A DNA stretch of 64,000 bases from Chloroflexota bacterium (GTDB taxonomy: Bacteria > Chloroflexota > Anaerolineae > UBA1429), in NCBI GenBank assembly GCA_019873625.1, contig JAIOAW010000003.1:39675-103674 (forward strand), written 5' to 3'. Below are positions 43,199 to 52,301 of this stretch, one piece after another. Made by a program: the position numbers and the translations under genes. The notes under the pieces are model-generated. The model was given only the letters and a program-made list of their open reading frames with translations, was not told where the DNA came from and ran no database searches. How positions within the stretch are numbered: the stretch's first letter is position 1; each line of letters starts with the position of its first letter.

Positions 43199-44518
43199 TC
43201 AGCGGGTGCGCCCCTTGCCGCTAAAGAGCATCTGCAAGAGGACGGTGAGGCATCCCTCGCCGAGGGCTGGGCCGGAACTGGGCGGCGGTTGAGGCGGCTC
43301 GACCGGCTTGGGAGAGGGTTCGCTTTGATAGGCGCGCCAGGCATCCAGCCGGCCATAGCCCTGGACGTATGGCCCATCGCCGAGATCCAAGGCGCTGCTG
43401 AGCAGGCGATCGCGGATCTCTTGAGGGGTGAGCGAGGGGTAGGCCTGGAGGAGGAGGGCCACCACGCCTGCCGCGAGCGGCGTAGCCATACTCGTCCCTT
43501 GGGCGCTGGTGTAGTAATCATCCACCACGCGGCCCATCGCGGTGCCCTTGGCGCGGGGCGCGATGATATCTACCCCTGGCACGACGAGATCCGGTTTCTG
43601 GCGGCCGTCTGCCGTGGGGCCGCGCGAGGAGAAACTGGCCACGCGGTCTTGATCATCGCAGGCGCCGATGGTGAGGGCCAGCCGAGAGGCCCCCGGCGAC
43701 CCGATGGTGCGCGGGGCAGGGCCATCGTTGCCAGCCGCGACCACCACGTTGATGCCCCTTTCTACGGCGGCGTCGCACGTCTCCGAGAGGGGGTCTCGGC
43801 CATCGCTGGGGCCGGTGCTCCCCAGAGAGAGGCTGATAACCTGCACGCCCTTTTCCACCGCCCATTCGACGCCGGCGATGACGTCGCTCATCATCCCCTC
43901 GCCGTTGGCCCGCAGCACTTTGGCGCTGTACAGCGTCGCCTTGGGCGCCACGCCCCGGTAGCGCCCCCCGCTAGCCACCCCAGAGCCGGCGGCGATCCCC
44001 GCGCAGTGCGTGCCGTGGCCGTGGGCATCGCCAAGGCCCTCGCCCGAGAAATCGGCCATATCGGCCACACGCCCGGCGAAATCCGGGTGTTCGGCATCCA
44101 ACCCCGTATCCACGATGGCGATAGCCACGCCTTCGCCGGTCAGGCCGTTATCCCACAAGAGGGGCACGCCCACATGGGGTAGGGCAGTATCCAGAAAGGC
44201 GCGCACGGGCACATCTTCGTAGATGCGCACCACCTCGGGGTCCAGCGCCAGGCGCTCGATGGCCTCGGGCGTGGCGCGGAGGTGCGCAAAGGGGCGCAGG
44301 CGATACAGATAACTCTCGCGCACCCCGGCGATGTGCTCGCGGTGGCGCATCATACGCCGTGAGGCGCTGTAACGCACGATGACGGAAATGGGTTGATCGC
44401 TCGGCGCTTGCTGAAGCGCCCGCATAAGGCCGTCGGTCACCTTGGGCTGGATGCTCTCCACGGTGCTTACCTCCCAAAGATGCGCAGTTTGCGATCGGCA
44501 TCCACCGCTTTGACCCAA
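43199..44518 (-). CDS. Subtilisin-like serine protease (S8) with an N-terminal I9 propeptide. No signal peptide is recognisable.
   Basis: The catalytic triad segments are DTGLDAEHPDF, HGTHCAGIAAG and GTSMATPLAAGVVALL. The propeptide reads ISVIVRYS.... The start is uncertain, either 44518 or the ATG at 44425 (GGTGA ribosome-binding site). Confidence 0.85.
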   Translation of the reverse strand: MGQSGGCRSQTAHLWEVSTVESIQPKVTDGLMRALQQAPSDQPISVIVRYSASRRMMRHREHIAGVRESYLYRLRPFAHLRATPEAIERLALDPEVVRIYEDVPVRAFLDTALPHVGVPLLWDNGLTGEGVAIAIVDTGLDAEHPDFAGRVADMADFSGEGLGDAHGHGTHCAGIAAGSGVASGGRYRGVAPKATLYSAKVLRANGEGMMSDVIAGVEWAVEKGVQVISLSLGSTGPSDGRDPLSETCDAAVERGINVVVAAGNDGPAPRTIGSPGASRLALTIGACDDQDRVASFSSRGPTADGRQKPDLVVPGVDIIAPRAKGTAMGRVVDDYYTSAQGTSMATPLAAGVVALLLQAYPSLTPQEIRDRLLSSALDLGDGPYVQGYGRLDAWRAYQSEPSPKPVEPPQPPPSSGPALGEGCLTVLLQMLFSGKGRTR

Positions 44519-44727
44519 GATAGCCTAGCCACCTTGAGCGCCACGCGCGCGGGGCACGTGCCGCTGACGGAGGAGGTCAGCCGGTAGCGCCGTTTGACCT
44601 CCACCCCCATCTTTTGGAGCGCCTCTGCGCGGGCGTCCGCATCGCCTTCAAAGCGCACGATGATCGAGACGGTCTCATCGGGGTGCTCCTGCCAATATTT
44701 GCGCGTTTCGGCATCGAGCGTGGCCAT
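44467..44727 (-). CDS. Stand-alone peptidase-inhibitor I9 (subtilisin propeptide-like) protein.
   Basis: 86 aa. It reads VSIIVRFEGDADARAEALQKMGVEVKRRYRLTSSVSG. A strong ribosome-binding site AAGGAGAG is present. Its 3' end overlaps the longest S8 ORF by 52 nt in another frame. Confidence 0.55.
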   Translation of the reverse strand: MATLDAETRKYWQEHPDETVSIIVRFEGDADARAEALQKMGVEVKRRYRLTSSVSGTCPARVALKVARLSWVKAVDADRKLRIFGR

Positions 44728-44798
44728 CGTTCTCTCTCCTTTGCCGGTGTGGGCCTCTAGGGCACATCATAATCTCCCCGGCGCCCCTGTCAAAGGGG

Positions 44799-45962
44799 TT
44801 AGGGCTGCGGGCAGGCTTGGGGATCGTACGGCTGCCCCTCTTCGAGCACGCCCCGCACGATGAGCATCCATTCGCTGATGGGGATGTTCTGTGGGCATTT
44901 CGGCTCACAGGTGCGGCACTGGATGCATGCCGAGGCACGCCTCTCTTGAGAGAAAAAGCGCGCATAGAAACGCCGCGTCTCCTCGATTTGGTTGAACATC
45001 ACAGCGTTGTTAAATGTCGTGAAATTCTCGGGGATATCCACGCCGTTGGGGCAGGGCATACAGTAGTGGCAGGCCGTGCACGGGATGGGGCACAGCGAAC
45101 GGTAGCGGTCGCGGGCGCGATGGATCGTCTCCAGTTCCTCTGGGGTGAGCGTGCCCACGCCCGAGCGTTCGGCGCTGGCCACGTTCTCGATGACTTGTTG
45201 GAGGGTGCTCATCCCGCTCAAGACCACCGAAACCTCCGGCTGGTTCCACAGCCACTGGAGTGCCCAGTCGGCGGGCGTGCGCCGCACGGGGGCTGATTCC
45301 CACACTTCTTGGACGGCCGGCGGCGGGGTGACGAGCCTCCCGCCCAAAAGCGGCTCCATAACCACAACGCCCATCCCTTTCGAGGCGGCATAGCGCAGGC
45401 CCCGCGTGCCCGCCTGGTATTCCTCGTTCATATAGTTGTATTGGATTTGGCACATATCCCAATCGAAGGCATCCACGATCTCGCGAAAGGCCTCGAACGT
45501 ATCGTGGAAGGAAAAGCCCGCCAGGCGGATGCGCCCTTCGCACCGCTTTTTATCTAAAAAGTCGAGCACGCCCAGATTGTATGCGGCCAGCCAACGTTCG
45601 CGGCGCAGGCCGTGGAGGAGATAACAGTCGAGGTGATCCGTCTGCAAGCGTTCCAACTGCTCGTTGAAGAGGCGGTCAAAATCCTCGTACGTTTGCGCGG
45701 CGGGCAGCCACAACTTGGTGGCCAGCACCACGCGGTCGCGGCGCCCTTGGAGGACGCGCCCCAGGAATCGTTCGCTATTGCCCCCATGGTAGCCGTAAGC
45801 CGTATCGAAATAGTTCACGCCGTGCTCGATGGCGTAATCCACCATACGGGTCGCCTCGGGTTCATCAATCACATCGTGCGTGCCGCGAATCGGCAAGCGC
45901 ATACAGCCGAACCCCAGCGCCGAAACGCGCACTCCAGAACGCCCTAATACACGGTACTGCAT
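44799..45962 (-). CDS. Aldo/keto reductase fused to a 2x[4Fe-4S] ferredoxin domain (paralog of 28329-29420).
   Basis: An aldo/keto reductase barrel is followed by CPIPCTACHYCMPCP and CIQCRTCEPKCP. The ribosome-binding site is AGGAGGTG. Confidence 0.7.
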   Translation of the reverse strand: MQYRVLGRSGVRVSALGFGCMRLPIRGTHDVIDEPEATRMVDYAIEHGVNYFDTAYGYHGGNSERFLGRVLQGRRDRVVLATKLWLPAAQTYEDFDRLFNEQLERLQTDHLDCYLLHGLRRERWLAAYNLGVLDFLDKKRCEGRIRLAGFSFHDTFEAFREIVDAFDWDMCQIQYNYMNEEYQAGTRGLRYAASKGMGVVVMEPLLGGRLVTPPPAVQEVWESAPVRRTPADWALQWLWNQPEVSVVLSGMSTLQQVIENVASAERSGVGTLTPEELETIHRARDRYRSLCPIPCTACHYCMPCPNGVDIPENFTTFNNAVMFNQIEETRRFYARFFSQERRASACIQCRTCEPKCPQNIPISEWMLIVRGVLEEGQPYDPQACPQP

Positions 45963-46034
45963 CGGACACCTCCTATCGGTGATGAGTCAAAGAGCGCCCC
46001 TCTTTTATATTCCATTTTGCCCGCCTAGGCAAAG

Positions 46035-46063
46035 GCAAAGCGCTTGACGTTCGAACGCTTGTT
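46035..46063 (+). promoter_or_regulatory. Sigma70 promoter TTGACG-17-TATACT, with a Cheo-type LexA SOS box CGAACGCTTGTTCG (46043-46056) inside the spacer.
   Basis: Read directly from the sequence. The box is a perfect match to CGAAC-N4-GTTCG. It lies 33 nt upstream of the first helicase-like gene. Confidence 0.65.
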
Positions 46064-46095
46064 CGCTATACTGCGCGCACTGATCAGGTGGAGAA

Positions 46096-48246
46096 ATGGC
46101 CCCATTTGATGACCTGGCCCAGGAATTGACGCCCGAACAGCGGCGCGTCGTCTCTTTCGCCCGCGAGGGGGGTGCGAGCCTCTTGGTGCGGGGCCTGCCC
46201 GGCACGGGCAAGACGACGGCCCTGGTGCGCCGCTTGGCCGCGATGGTGAGCGAGGGGCGCCGGCCGTATGAAATCCTCGTCTTGGTACCCCAACGCGCCC
46301 CTGGAGACCGCTTCGAGCGCGCCCTCTCGGTGCTGCAAGCGCCCACGCGCGGCGGCGCCGAAATCGTTACATTCTACAGCCTCTCGCGCCGGGGCGTGGC
46401 CCTCTTTTGGCCGCTGGTGGCCGCTCAGGCGGGTTTTGCCCACCCGGAGCGCGAACCCGTCTTCCTCACGTTGGAGACGGCCCAATATTATATGTGGCGC
46501 ATCGTCGAGCCGCTCATCCGTGAACAGGGCTATTTTAACGATTTGGCCATCCCACGGGGGCGGCTCCTTTCGCAACTCATTGATAACTTGAACAAGTCGG
46601 CGCTCGTCGGGTTTGACCATACGGATATCTATGCCCGGCTGCGGGGGGCTTGGGTGGGCGCCCAAGATCGCCTCCATCGCTTTTGGCAGGCCCAAGATTG
46701 CGCGACGCGCTTTCGCGCCTTTTGCTTGGAGCACAATCTGCTCGATTTCTCGCTGACGACGGAGGTCTATTGCCGTTACCTCCTGGCGAACCTCGTCTAT
46801 CGGCGCTACGTGCAGGCGCGCTATCGCCACCTCATCGTAGATAACCTGGAAGAAAACGTCCCCGTGGCCCAAGATTTCATCGCTTGGATGCTCACCTGGT
46901 GCCAGTCGGCCGTGCTGGCCCTCGACGAGCGGGGCGGGCATCGCATCTTCTTGGGGGCCGATGCCGAGGGCGCCCTGGAGGTGGGGCAGCGCTGCCAAGA
47001 GACCCTCTCCCTATCGCGCCTCCTGAAGCCTACCGAGCACCTGCTGGCCTTTGTGGATGCGGTGAACGCCAATATCGGCGCGCGCGCCGCGCCGGCTGCG
47101 CCCCAAGGCGAGGCGCACCGCGCCACGGTGGTGAGCGGCGGCGGAGAGACGCGCTATTGGATCAGTATGCTCCGTTGGGTGGCCGAGCAAGTGGCCGCTT
47201 TGGTGGCCCAGGGCACGGCCCCTGGCGAGATCGCCCTCATCGCGCCCTATGTGAGCGATGTGATGCGCTTTGCCGTGGAAGAAGAACTCGCCCGTTACGA
47301 TATCCCCGTGCACCTTCTGCGCCCGGCCACCCCTTTGCGCGATGACCCCATCGTCCGCGGACTCCTCATTCTCCTCTGCCTGGCGCACCCCCATTGGGCG
47401 CTAGAGTTCGGCGGGGAACCGTATGCCCTCTCTGAGGAGGACGTGGCGCTCGCCCTCAAGGTGGCGCTCGCCGGCCTGGACCCCCTCCGCGCGCGCTATC
47501 TGGCGCTGGAGGCCTGGCGCGGCGAAGGCCTTCTTCCCTTGGCCGATTCGGCCCCAGCCCGTTTGTGGGAGCGCGTGGGCTTTCAGGTGCGCGAGCCTTA
47601 CGAGACCTTGCGCTCGTGGTTAGAGACGTACCGCCAAGGCCCGCCAGAACCGCTGGATATCCTCCTCAGCCGCCTGTTCGGCGATCTCCTTTCGCGGCCG
47701 GGGTTCGGCTTCTATCAGCAGCCGGAAGCGGCGCGCGCCTACGGCCGGCTGGTCGAATCCACGCGCAAATTCCGCGAGGCGGTAATGAGCGATGGCGAGG
47801 ACCCCACGCGCGTGGCGCGCGAGTACGTTCAACTCGTCCTGCGGGGGGTAGCGAGCGCCGAATACCTTCTGGATTGGCCTCGCCCGCCTCGCCCCGATGC
47901 GGTCATCCTTGGGCCAGCCTATGCCTACATCACGCGCGATATGCGCTCCGAGTACCAATTTTGGCTCGACCTCGGCTCCGATGGCTGGCTGAACCGCCCC
48001 AATCAGCCGCTGACGCACCCTTACGTCCTCTCGCGGCGCTGGCCCATTGGCCGGCCCTGGCGAGATGTGGAGGAAGAGGAGGCGCGCCGCGAAACCTTGG
48101 CCCGCGTCCTCACGGGGTTGGCGGCGCGCTGTAACCGAGGGCTGTATTTGGCCTTCAGCGAACTCGGCCTGGACGGTGCGGAGCAGCGCGGGCGCTTGCA
48201 AATGGCCATCGTAACCGTCTTGGCGAGGATAAAGCGCTATGCCTGA
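46096..48246 (+). CDS. UvrD-like helicase-family protein with a degenerate motif II (AddB-like ATP-binding subunit lacking a nuclease domain).
   Basis: Walker A is GLPGTGKTT and motif Ia-like is LVLVPQRAP. The motif II position reads HLIVDNLEEN instead of DExx. Length is 716 aa. The stop overlaps the next gene's ATG by 8 nt. Confidence 0.6.
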   Translation: MAPFDDLAQELTPEQRRVVSFAREGGASLLVRGLPGTGKTTALVRRLAAMVSEGRRPYEILVLVPQRAPGDRFERALSVLQAPTRGGAEIVTFYSLSRRGVALFWPLVAAQAGFAHPEREPVFLTLETAQYYMWRIVEPLIREQGYFNDLAIPRGRLLSQLIDNLNKSALVGFDHTDIYARLRGAWVGAQDRLHRFWQAQDCATRFRAFCLEHNLLDFSLTTEVYCRYLLANLVYRRYVQARYRHLIVDNLEENVPVAQDFIAWMLTWCQSAVLALDERGGHRIFLGADAEGALEVGQRCQETLSLSRLLKPTEHLLAFVDAVNANIGARAAPAAPQGEAHRATVVSGGGETRYWISMLRWVAEQVAALVAQGTAPGEIALIAPYVSDVMRFAVEEELARYDIPVHLLRPATPLRDDPIVRGLLILLCLAHPHWALEFGGEPYALSEEDVALALKVALAGLDPLRARYLALEAWRGEGLLPLADSAPARLWERVGFQVREPYETLRSWLETYRQGPPEPLDILLSRLFGDLLSRPGFGFYQQPEAARAYGRLVESTRKFREAVMSDGEDPTRVAREYVQLVLRGVASAEYLLDWPRPPRPDAVILGPAYAYITRDMRSEYQFWLDLGSDGWLNRPNQPLTHPYVLSRRWPIGRPWRDVEEEEARRETLARVLTGLAARCNRGLYLAFSELGLDGAEQRGRLQMAIVTVLARIKRYA

Positions 48247-50506
48247 AACCCTCTTTGGCTATCGGCTGAGGCGCGCGCAAGAGGCGGTGATGCGCTACGA
48301 AGGGGGGCGCATGGCCATCTCGGCGGTGCCCGGCAGCGGCAAGACCCTGACCTTGGCGCTCTTGGCGGCCAAGTTGATCATCGAGGGGAAGGTCGGCCCT
48401 GCGAGCGAGGTCTTGGTGGTTACGGTACAAAATTCGGCGGTGGATAACATCTCTCAGCGCATCCGCCGCCTATTGACGGAACAAAAACTGCCGCCGGTGG
48501 GCTACCGCGTGTGTACGTTGCACAAATTGGCGAGCGACATCCTACGCCGGCGGATGGATTTGGCGGGTGTGGCCGATGACCTCGTCATCGTGGATGATGC
48601 GGAATCCGACCGGATGATGCGCAACGCCGCTGAGGTGTGGCGGCTCAACCACGCGGCCCTGTGGGCGAGTTTCCTCCCGGTGGATTGGCAAGGGGGGCGC
48701 GATCGGCTGGAAAAGGAGTGGCTTGAGGAGATGGTGCGCATCGGCAAGGAGGTGACAAAACTCTGCAAGCACCTGCGCTTTACCCCGGAACGGGCACGGG
48801 AGTTTGTCGAGGCGCACCTTGCCGATGCCGAGATGACGCGCCTGGGCGTGGCCTTGTATGACCATTACGATCGCACGCTTAGGGCGAGGGGGGGCTTGGA
48901 TTTCGACGACCTCATCTGGCGGGCGATTGACGCGCTGGAGCAAGACCCCTCCTTTGCCGAAAACTTGCGCCAGCGCTGGCCGTACATCCTGGAAGATGAG
49001 GCGCAGGATAGTTCCCCCTTGCAGGAAAGCATCTTGCGCCTCCTTTGCGGCGCAGATGGCCACTGGGTGCGGATGGGCGACCCGAACCAGGCCATCAACG
49101 CCACCTTCACCGCCGCCGACCCGCGCTTCTTCCGGCGCTTTCTCGAAGAGCCGCACGTGCGGCGGCTGACCCTCCCCGAATCGGGCCGCTGCGCCCGGCC
49201 CATCCTAGAGATGGCCAATGCGCTCGTCCGTTGGGCGAGCCGCGAGCACCCCGAGAGGGCCATCCGTGAGATGGCCTTCGAACCGCAGGAGATCATCCCC
49301 ACCACGCCAGAAGATGCCCAGCAAAATCCGCCAGCCGAGGAGTGCCGCATCTATTTTCGGGCCGAGCCGTTCGACAAGGTGGATGAGGAGGCCCAGTTTG
49401 TGGCCAGGGCGGCGGCGAATTACATCAAGCGATATCCCCATCACGCTGTGGCCGTCCTGTGCCCGGCGGCGTGGCAGGGCGCCAAGGTGGTGGAGGAGTT
49501 CAAGCGCCTGCCCAAGGTGCCCTATGAGGACCTTTTGCGCACCACGCCCGAGGCGCGCAACGTCGCCCGGCTCTTGGCTGCCGCCTGCCGTTACGTCGGA
49601 GACCCCACCCAAACGCGCCCTTTGGTGGCGCTCTGGCGCGAGTTGGCGTTAGCGGGCCTCTGGGGAGAGGTGCCTGCGAGCCGAGTGCGAGACGTTTCGA
49701 CCATCTTGCGCAGTGTAGCGTTCCCCGAGTTCTTTTTCCCTAGGGCGACGTTAACGCTCGCCGAACGCTTGCCCGAGAACGTCTCCCTCTCGCCGGAGGA
49801 TGAGGCGCTCTTGGGGCGCTTTACCGCCTTAGTGGGGCGCTGGCTGAGGGCCGCCGATTTGCCCATAGACCAGATGCTCCTCGCGATGGGGCAAGACCTC
49901 TTTGGCGAGCGCGATGAGGACCTGGGGGCGCTGGCCATCTGCCACACCCTGGCGCTCAAGATGCGCACCCTCGCGCAGATTCACCCCGAAATGCGCCCCC
50001 ACGAGTATGCCAGCGAGTTGGAGGCCATCGCCCAGAACCGCCGCACCCTGCAAGAACTTGCCCTGCCCGATGCGGCCTACCTGACCAAGCCGGGCGTCAT
50101 CGTGGTAACCACGATGCACAAGGCCAAGGGGTTGGAGTGGGATGCGGTGTACCTGATGTGCGTGGATAGCCTGGAATTCCCCGCCACGGTGGATGACCCC
50201 TCGCGCGACGAACCGTACTATATGCCGGGCCGGGCGCCCGCCCTGGAGGCGCGCAAACGCCTGGAACGGGCCGCTGAAGAGGGAGTCTACACGGAAGGGA
50301 CGGATGAGGTGATCGCCCAGGGGCGGTTAGAGACGATCGCCGAGCGCCTTAGGCTGCTCTACGTTGCCATCACGCGGGCGCGGCGCAACCTGGCCTTCAC
50401 CTGGAGCCGGCACAATGGGAGCCGCCCCGTGGAGCCAGCCCTGGCGCTGAGCGTGCTACGCGCTTGGGCGGAGACAGCCCGTGCGGAGGAGGGGCTATGG
50501 CCTTGA
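48239..50506 (+). CDS. UvrD/PcrA-family ATP-dependent DNA helicase.
   Basis: Walker A is AVPGSGKT, motif II is ILEDEAQDSS, motif III is GDPNQAI and motif VI is VAITRARR. Length is 755 aa. No nuclease domain is present. Confidence 0.85.
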   Translation: MPETLFGYRLRRAQEAVMRYEGGRMAISAVPGSGKTLTLALLAAKLIIEGKVGPASEVLVVTVQNSAVDNISQRIRRLLTEQKLPPVGYRVCTLHKLASDILRRRMDLAGVADDLVIVDDAESDRMMRNAAEVWRLNHAALWASFLPVDWQGGRDRLEKEWLEEMVRIGKEVTKLCKHLRFTPERAREFVEAHLADAEMTRLGVALYDHYDRTLRARGGLDFDDLIWRAIDALEQDPSFAENLRQRWPYILEDEAQDSSPLQESILRLLCGADGHWVRMGDPNQAINATFTAADPRFFRRFLEEPHVRRLTLPESGRCARPILEMANALVRWASREHPERAIREMAFEPQEIIPTTPEDAQQNPPAEECRIYFRAEPFDKVDEEAQFVARAAANYIKRYPHHAVAVLCPAAWQGAKVVEEFKRLPKVPYEDLLRTTPEARNVARLLAAACRYVGDPTQTRPLVALWRELALAGLWGEVPASRVRDVSTILRSVAFPEFFFPRATLTLAERLPENVSLSPEDEALLGRFTALVGRWLRAADLPIDQMLLAMGQDLFGERDEDLGALAICHTLALKMRTLAQIHPEMRPHEYASELEAIAQNRRTLQELALPDAAYLTKPGVIVVTTMHKAKGLEWDAVYLMCVDSLEFPATVDDPSRDEPYYMPGRAPALEARKRLERAAEEGVYTEGTDEVIAQGRLETIAERLRLLYVAITRARRNLAFTWSRHNGSRPVEPALALSVLRAWAETARAEEGLWP

Positions 50507-51327
50507 TCGAAGCGGGGCACCTTTTCAGCCAGCACAGCCTCAACACCTATCTGCGGTGCAAGCGCCGTTTTTGGCTGAAATACATCGCACAACAACCCTG
50601 GCCTATGCCCGAGCAGGAAAATCTCTCGGAATATCAGGCGCACCTGGCACGGGGGCGCACCTTTCATCAATGGGTGGCGCGGGCGCTCTTGGGCGTGGAT
50701 GCCGATCTCCTGGGCCAAGCGGCCGCCGCCTGCGGCGATGAGGCGCTCCTTGCGTGGTGGCTGGCCTTTGGGCGGTTTGACCTTTCGATTGTGCCGGAGG
50801 GCCTGCGCGAAGTGGAGTTGCCGCTCATCGTGCCCTTGGGGGAATATCGCCTCTATGCCCGTTATGACCTCGTGGCCTTTTCGCCTTCGGGCGAGGCCGT
50901 CATCGTAGATTGGAAAACCTTGGAACGCCTGCCCTCTTGGCGAGTGATGCGGGAGCGCGTGCAGACGCGCGTTTACCTTTACGTGCTCGCTTCAGCCGGG
51001 CACATCGTAACCGGCGGCGCACCGCTGGACCCCTCCCGCCTGGAGATGATTTACTGGTTCGCCCCCTTTGAAGAGATGTTTCGCATTCCCTATTCGCGGC
51101 GCGAGTTTCAAGCGCATCGGCAGGCCCTGCTACGCCTGGTGGAAGAGATCGCGGCCTCGCCGCCGGAGGCCTTTGTTCCCACCGAAAACCCACGCGAATG
51201 CGCCTTCTGCAACTACCGCAGCCTGTGCGGGCGCCAAGAGGCCCCCAGAGACCCCTCTCTCAACTGGCTCGACGAGGAGATAGATTTCGCCCTCGATCTC
51301 GACGAGGCCATCGAGATGACCTACTAA
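50496..51327 (+). CDS. PD-(D/E)XK nuclease with a Cas4/AddB-type iron-sulfur cluster (four Cys).
   Basis: The Cys pattern is LRCKRRF ... ECAFCNYRSLCG (Cx2Cx5C). The nuclease motifs are RYDLVAF and IVDWKT. The ATG overlaps the upstream stop (ATGGCCTTGA) and follows GGAGGAGGGG. Confidence 0.75.
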
Positions 51328-51356
51328 TCCCCTTGGGCGGCCGTGCCCCGCGGCGC

Positions 51357-52133
51357 TCAGATGAGGAGGTCTTGTAGGCGATTAGCGCGTTTGATGAACG
51401 TGCCGGCCTCCACTTGTTCGCAGCCCCGTGCGAGGTAGGTTTGGGCATCTATATGGCCGCAGGTGCGGATCTCTTGCGTGTAGGGCGGCCCCGCGATGAC
51501 GAAAGGCGCGACCTCGCGATAGTGCGCGGTGGCCTCCGCGGCCACATCGCGGATGAGGTCGCGGGCATCTTCCGGGGCCAAGTGAAGGGCCACCTGCGCC
51601 CCCAGGCCGATCTTGACCTGCGCGCCATAGATGCCTGGGATGAGGGCACGCGCCTCGGCCATCATCTTGTCATCGCCGCTCACAAAGACGGTGGGCACGC
51701 CGAAACTCCCCGCCAGGGCCGCACGGCAGCCGAATTCGCCCAACTCTAACCCATTGATGCGGTACCAGAGGATGGTCGTGGAGGAGTAGGTGTGGGCCAG
51801 GTTTGCGCCGGGCGTGCCGGCCTTGGCGTGCTGGCCGAGGAAAAAGAGGGCGTCAAAAGTCTCATCCAAAAAGGCGGGCGGGGAGACGGGGCCGTTGTTG
51901 ATGAGTTTGGCGCCCCGTGGGAAGCGCTCGAAATCTATCGAGCCGCAGCCGTGGGCATCCCACACCCAGATTTCGCCGGATGGCTCCACGGCCTGAATGC
52001 CCGCGACGCAGGCGCGGAGTTCCTCCGTCATAAGGCGCACGGCCTGCGGGTAACCGGGGGTATCTCGCCCGGTTTGATCCCAGCGGGCCACACCGGCTAC
52101 CCCTTCGAGATCGGTGAGGATATAGATTTTCAT
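51357..52133 (-). CDS. M55-family D-aminopeptidase (DppA-like).
   Basis: The N-terminus MKIYILTDLEGVAGV is typical of DppA. The ribosome-binding site is AAGGAG. Confidence 0.7.
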   Translation of the reverse strand: MKIYILTDLEGVAGVARWDQTGRDTPGYPQAVRLMTEELRACVAGIQAVEPSGEIWVWDAHGCGSIDFERFPRGAKLINNGPVSPPAFLDETFDALFFLGQHAKAGTPGANLAHTYSSTTILWYRINGLELGEFGCRAALAGSFGVPTVFVSGDDKMMAEARALIPGIYGAQVKIGLGAQVALHLAPEDARDLIRDVAAEATAHYREVAPFVIAGPPYTQEIRTCGHIDAQTYLARGCEQVEAGTFIKRANRLQDLLI

Positions 52134-52301
52134 CTCGCGCACTCCTTGGCGTTTTGCCCTATTCTACCAGCGAACGGCTCGCCCGTCAGCCACGAAAACT
52201 CGTGCGCCCCCAGCGCATCGCCGGTGGTCAATAGGGGCTTCTTTCGACAAAATGCGGCGCCTATGCTACCCTACGGGGCAAACGCCTGAGGAGTTCGGAA
52301 A

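Noticed and set aside
52155-52170. TAGAAT-containing sequences near the DppA start (GGTAGAATAGGGC on the sense strand) and at the flavin reductase start (57993-57999), as possible further copies of the conserved 16-mer.
   Set aside because: They share only 9-10 nt with the motif, and their orientation and position are inconsistent with it. The one at 57994 is part of the ribosome-binding-site and start-codon context. They were not treated as motif instances.
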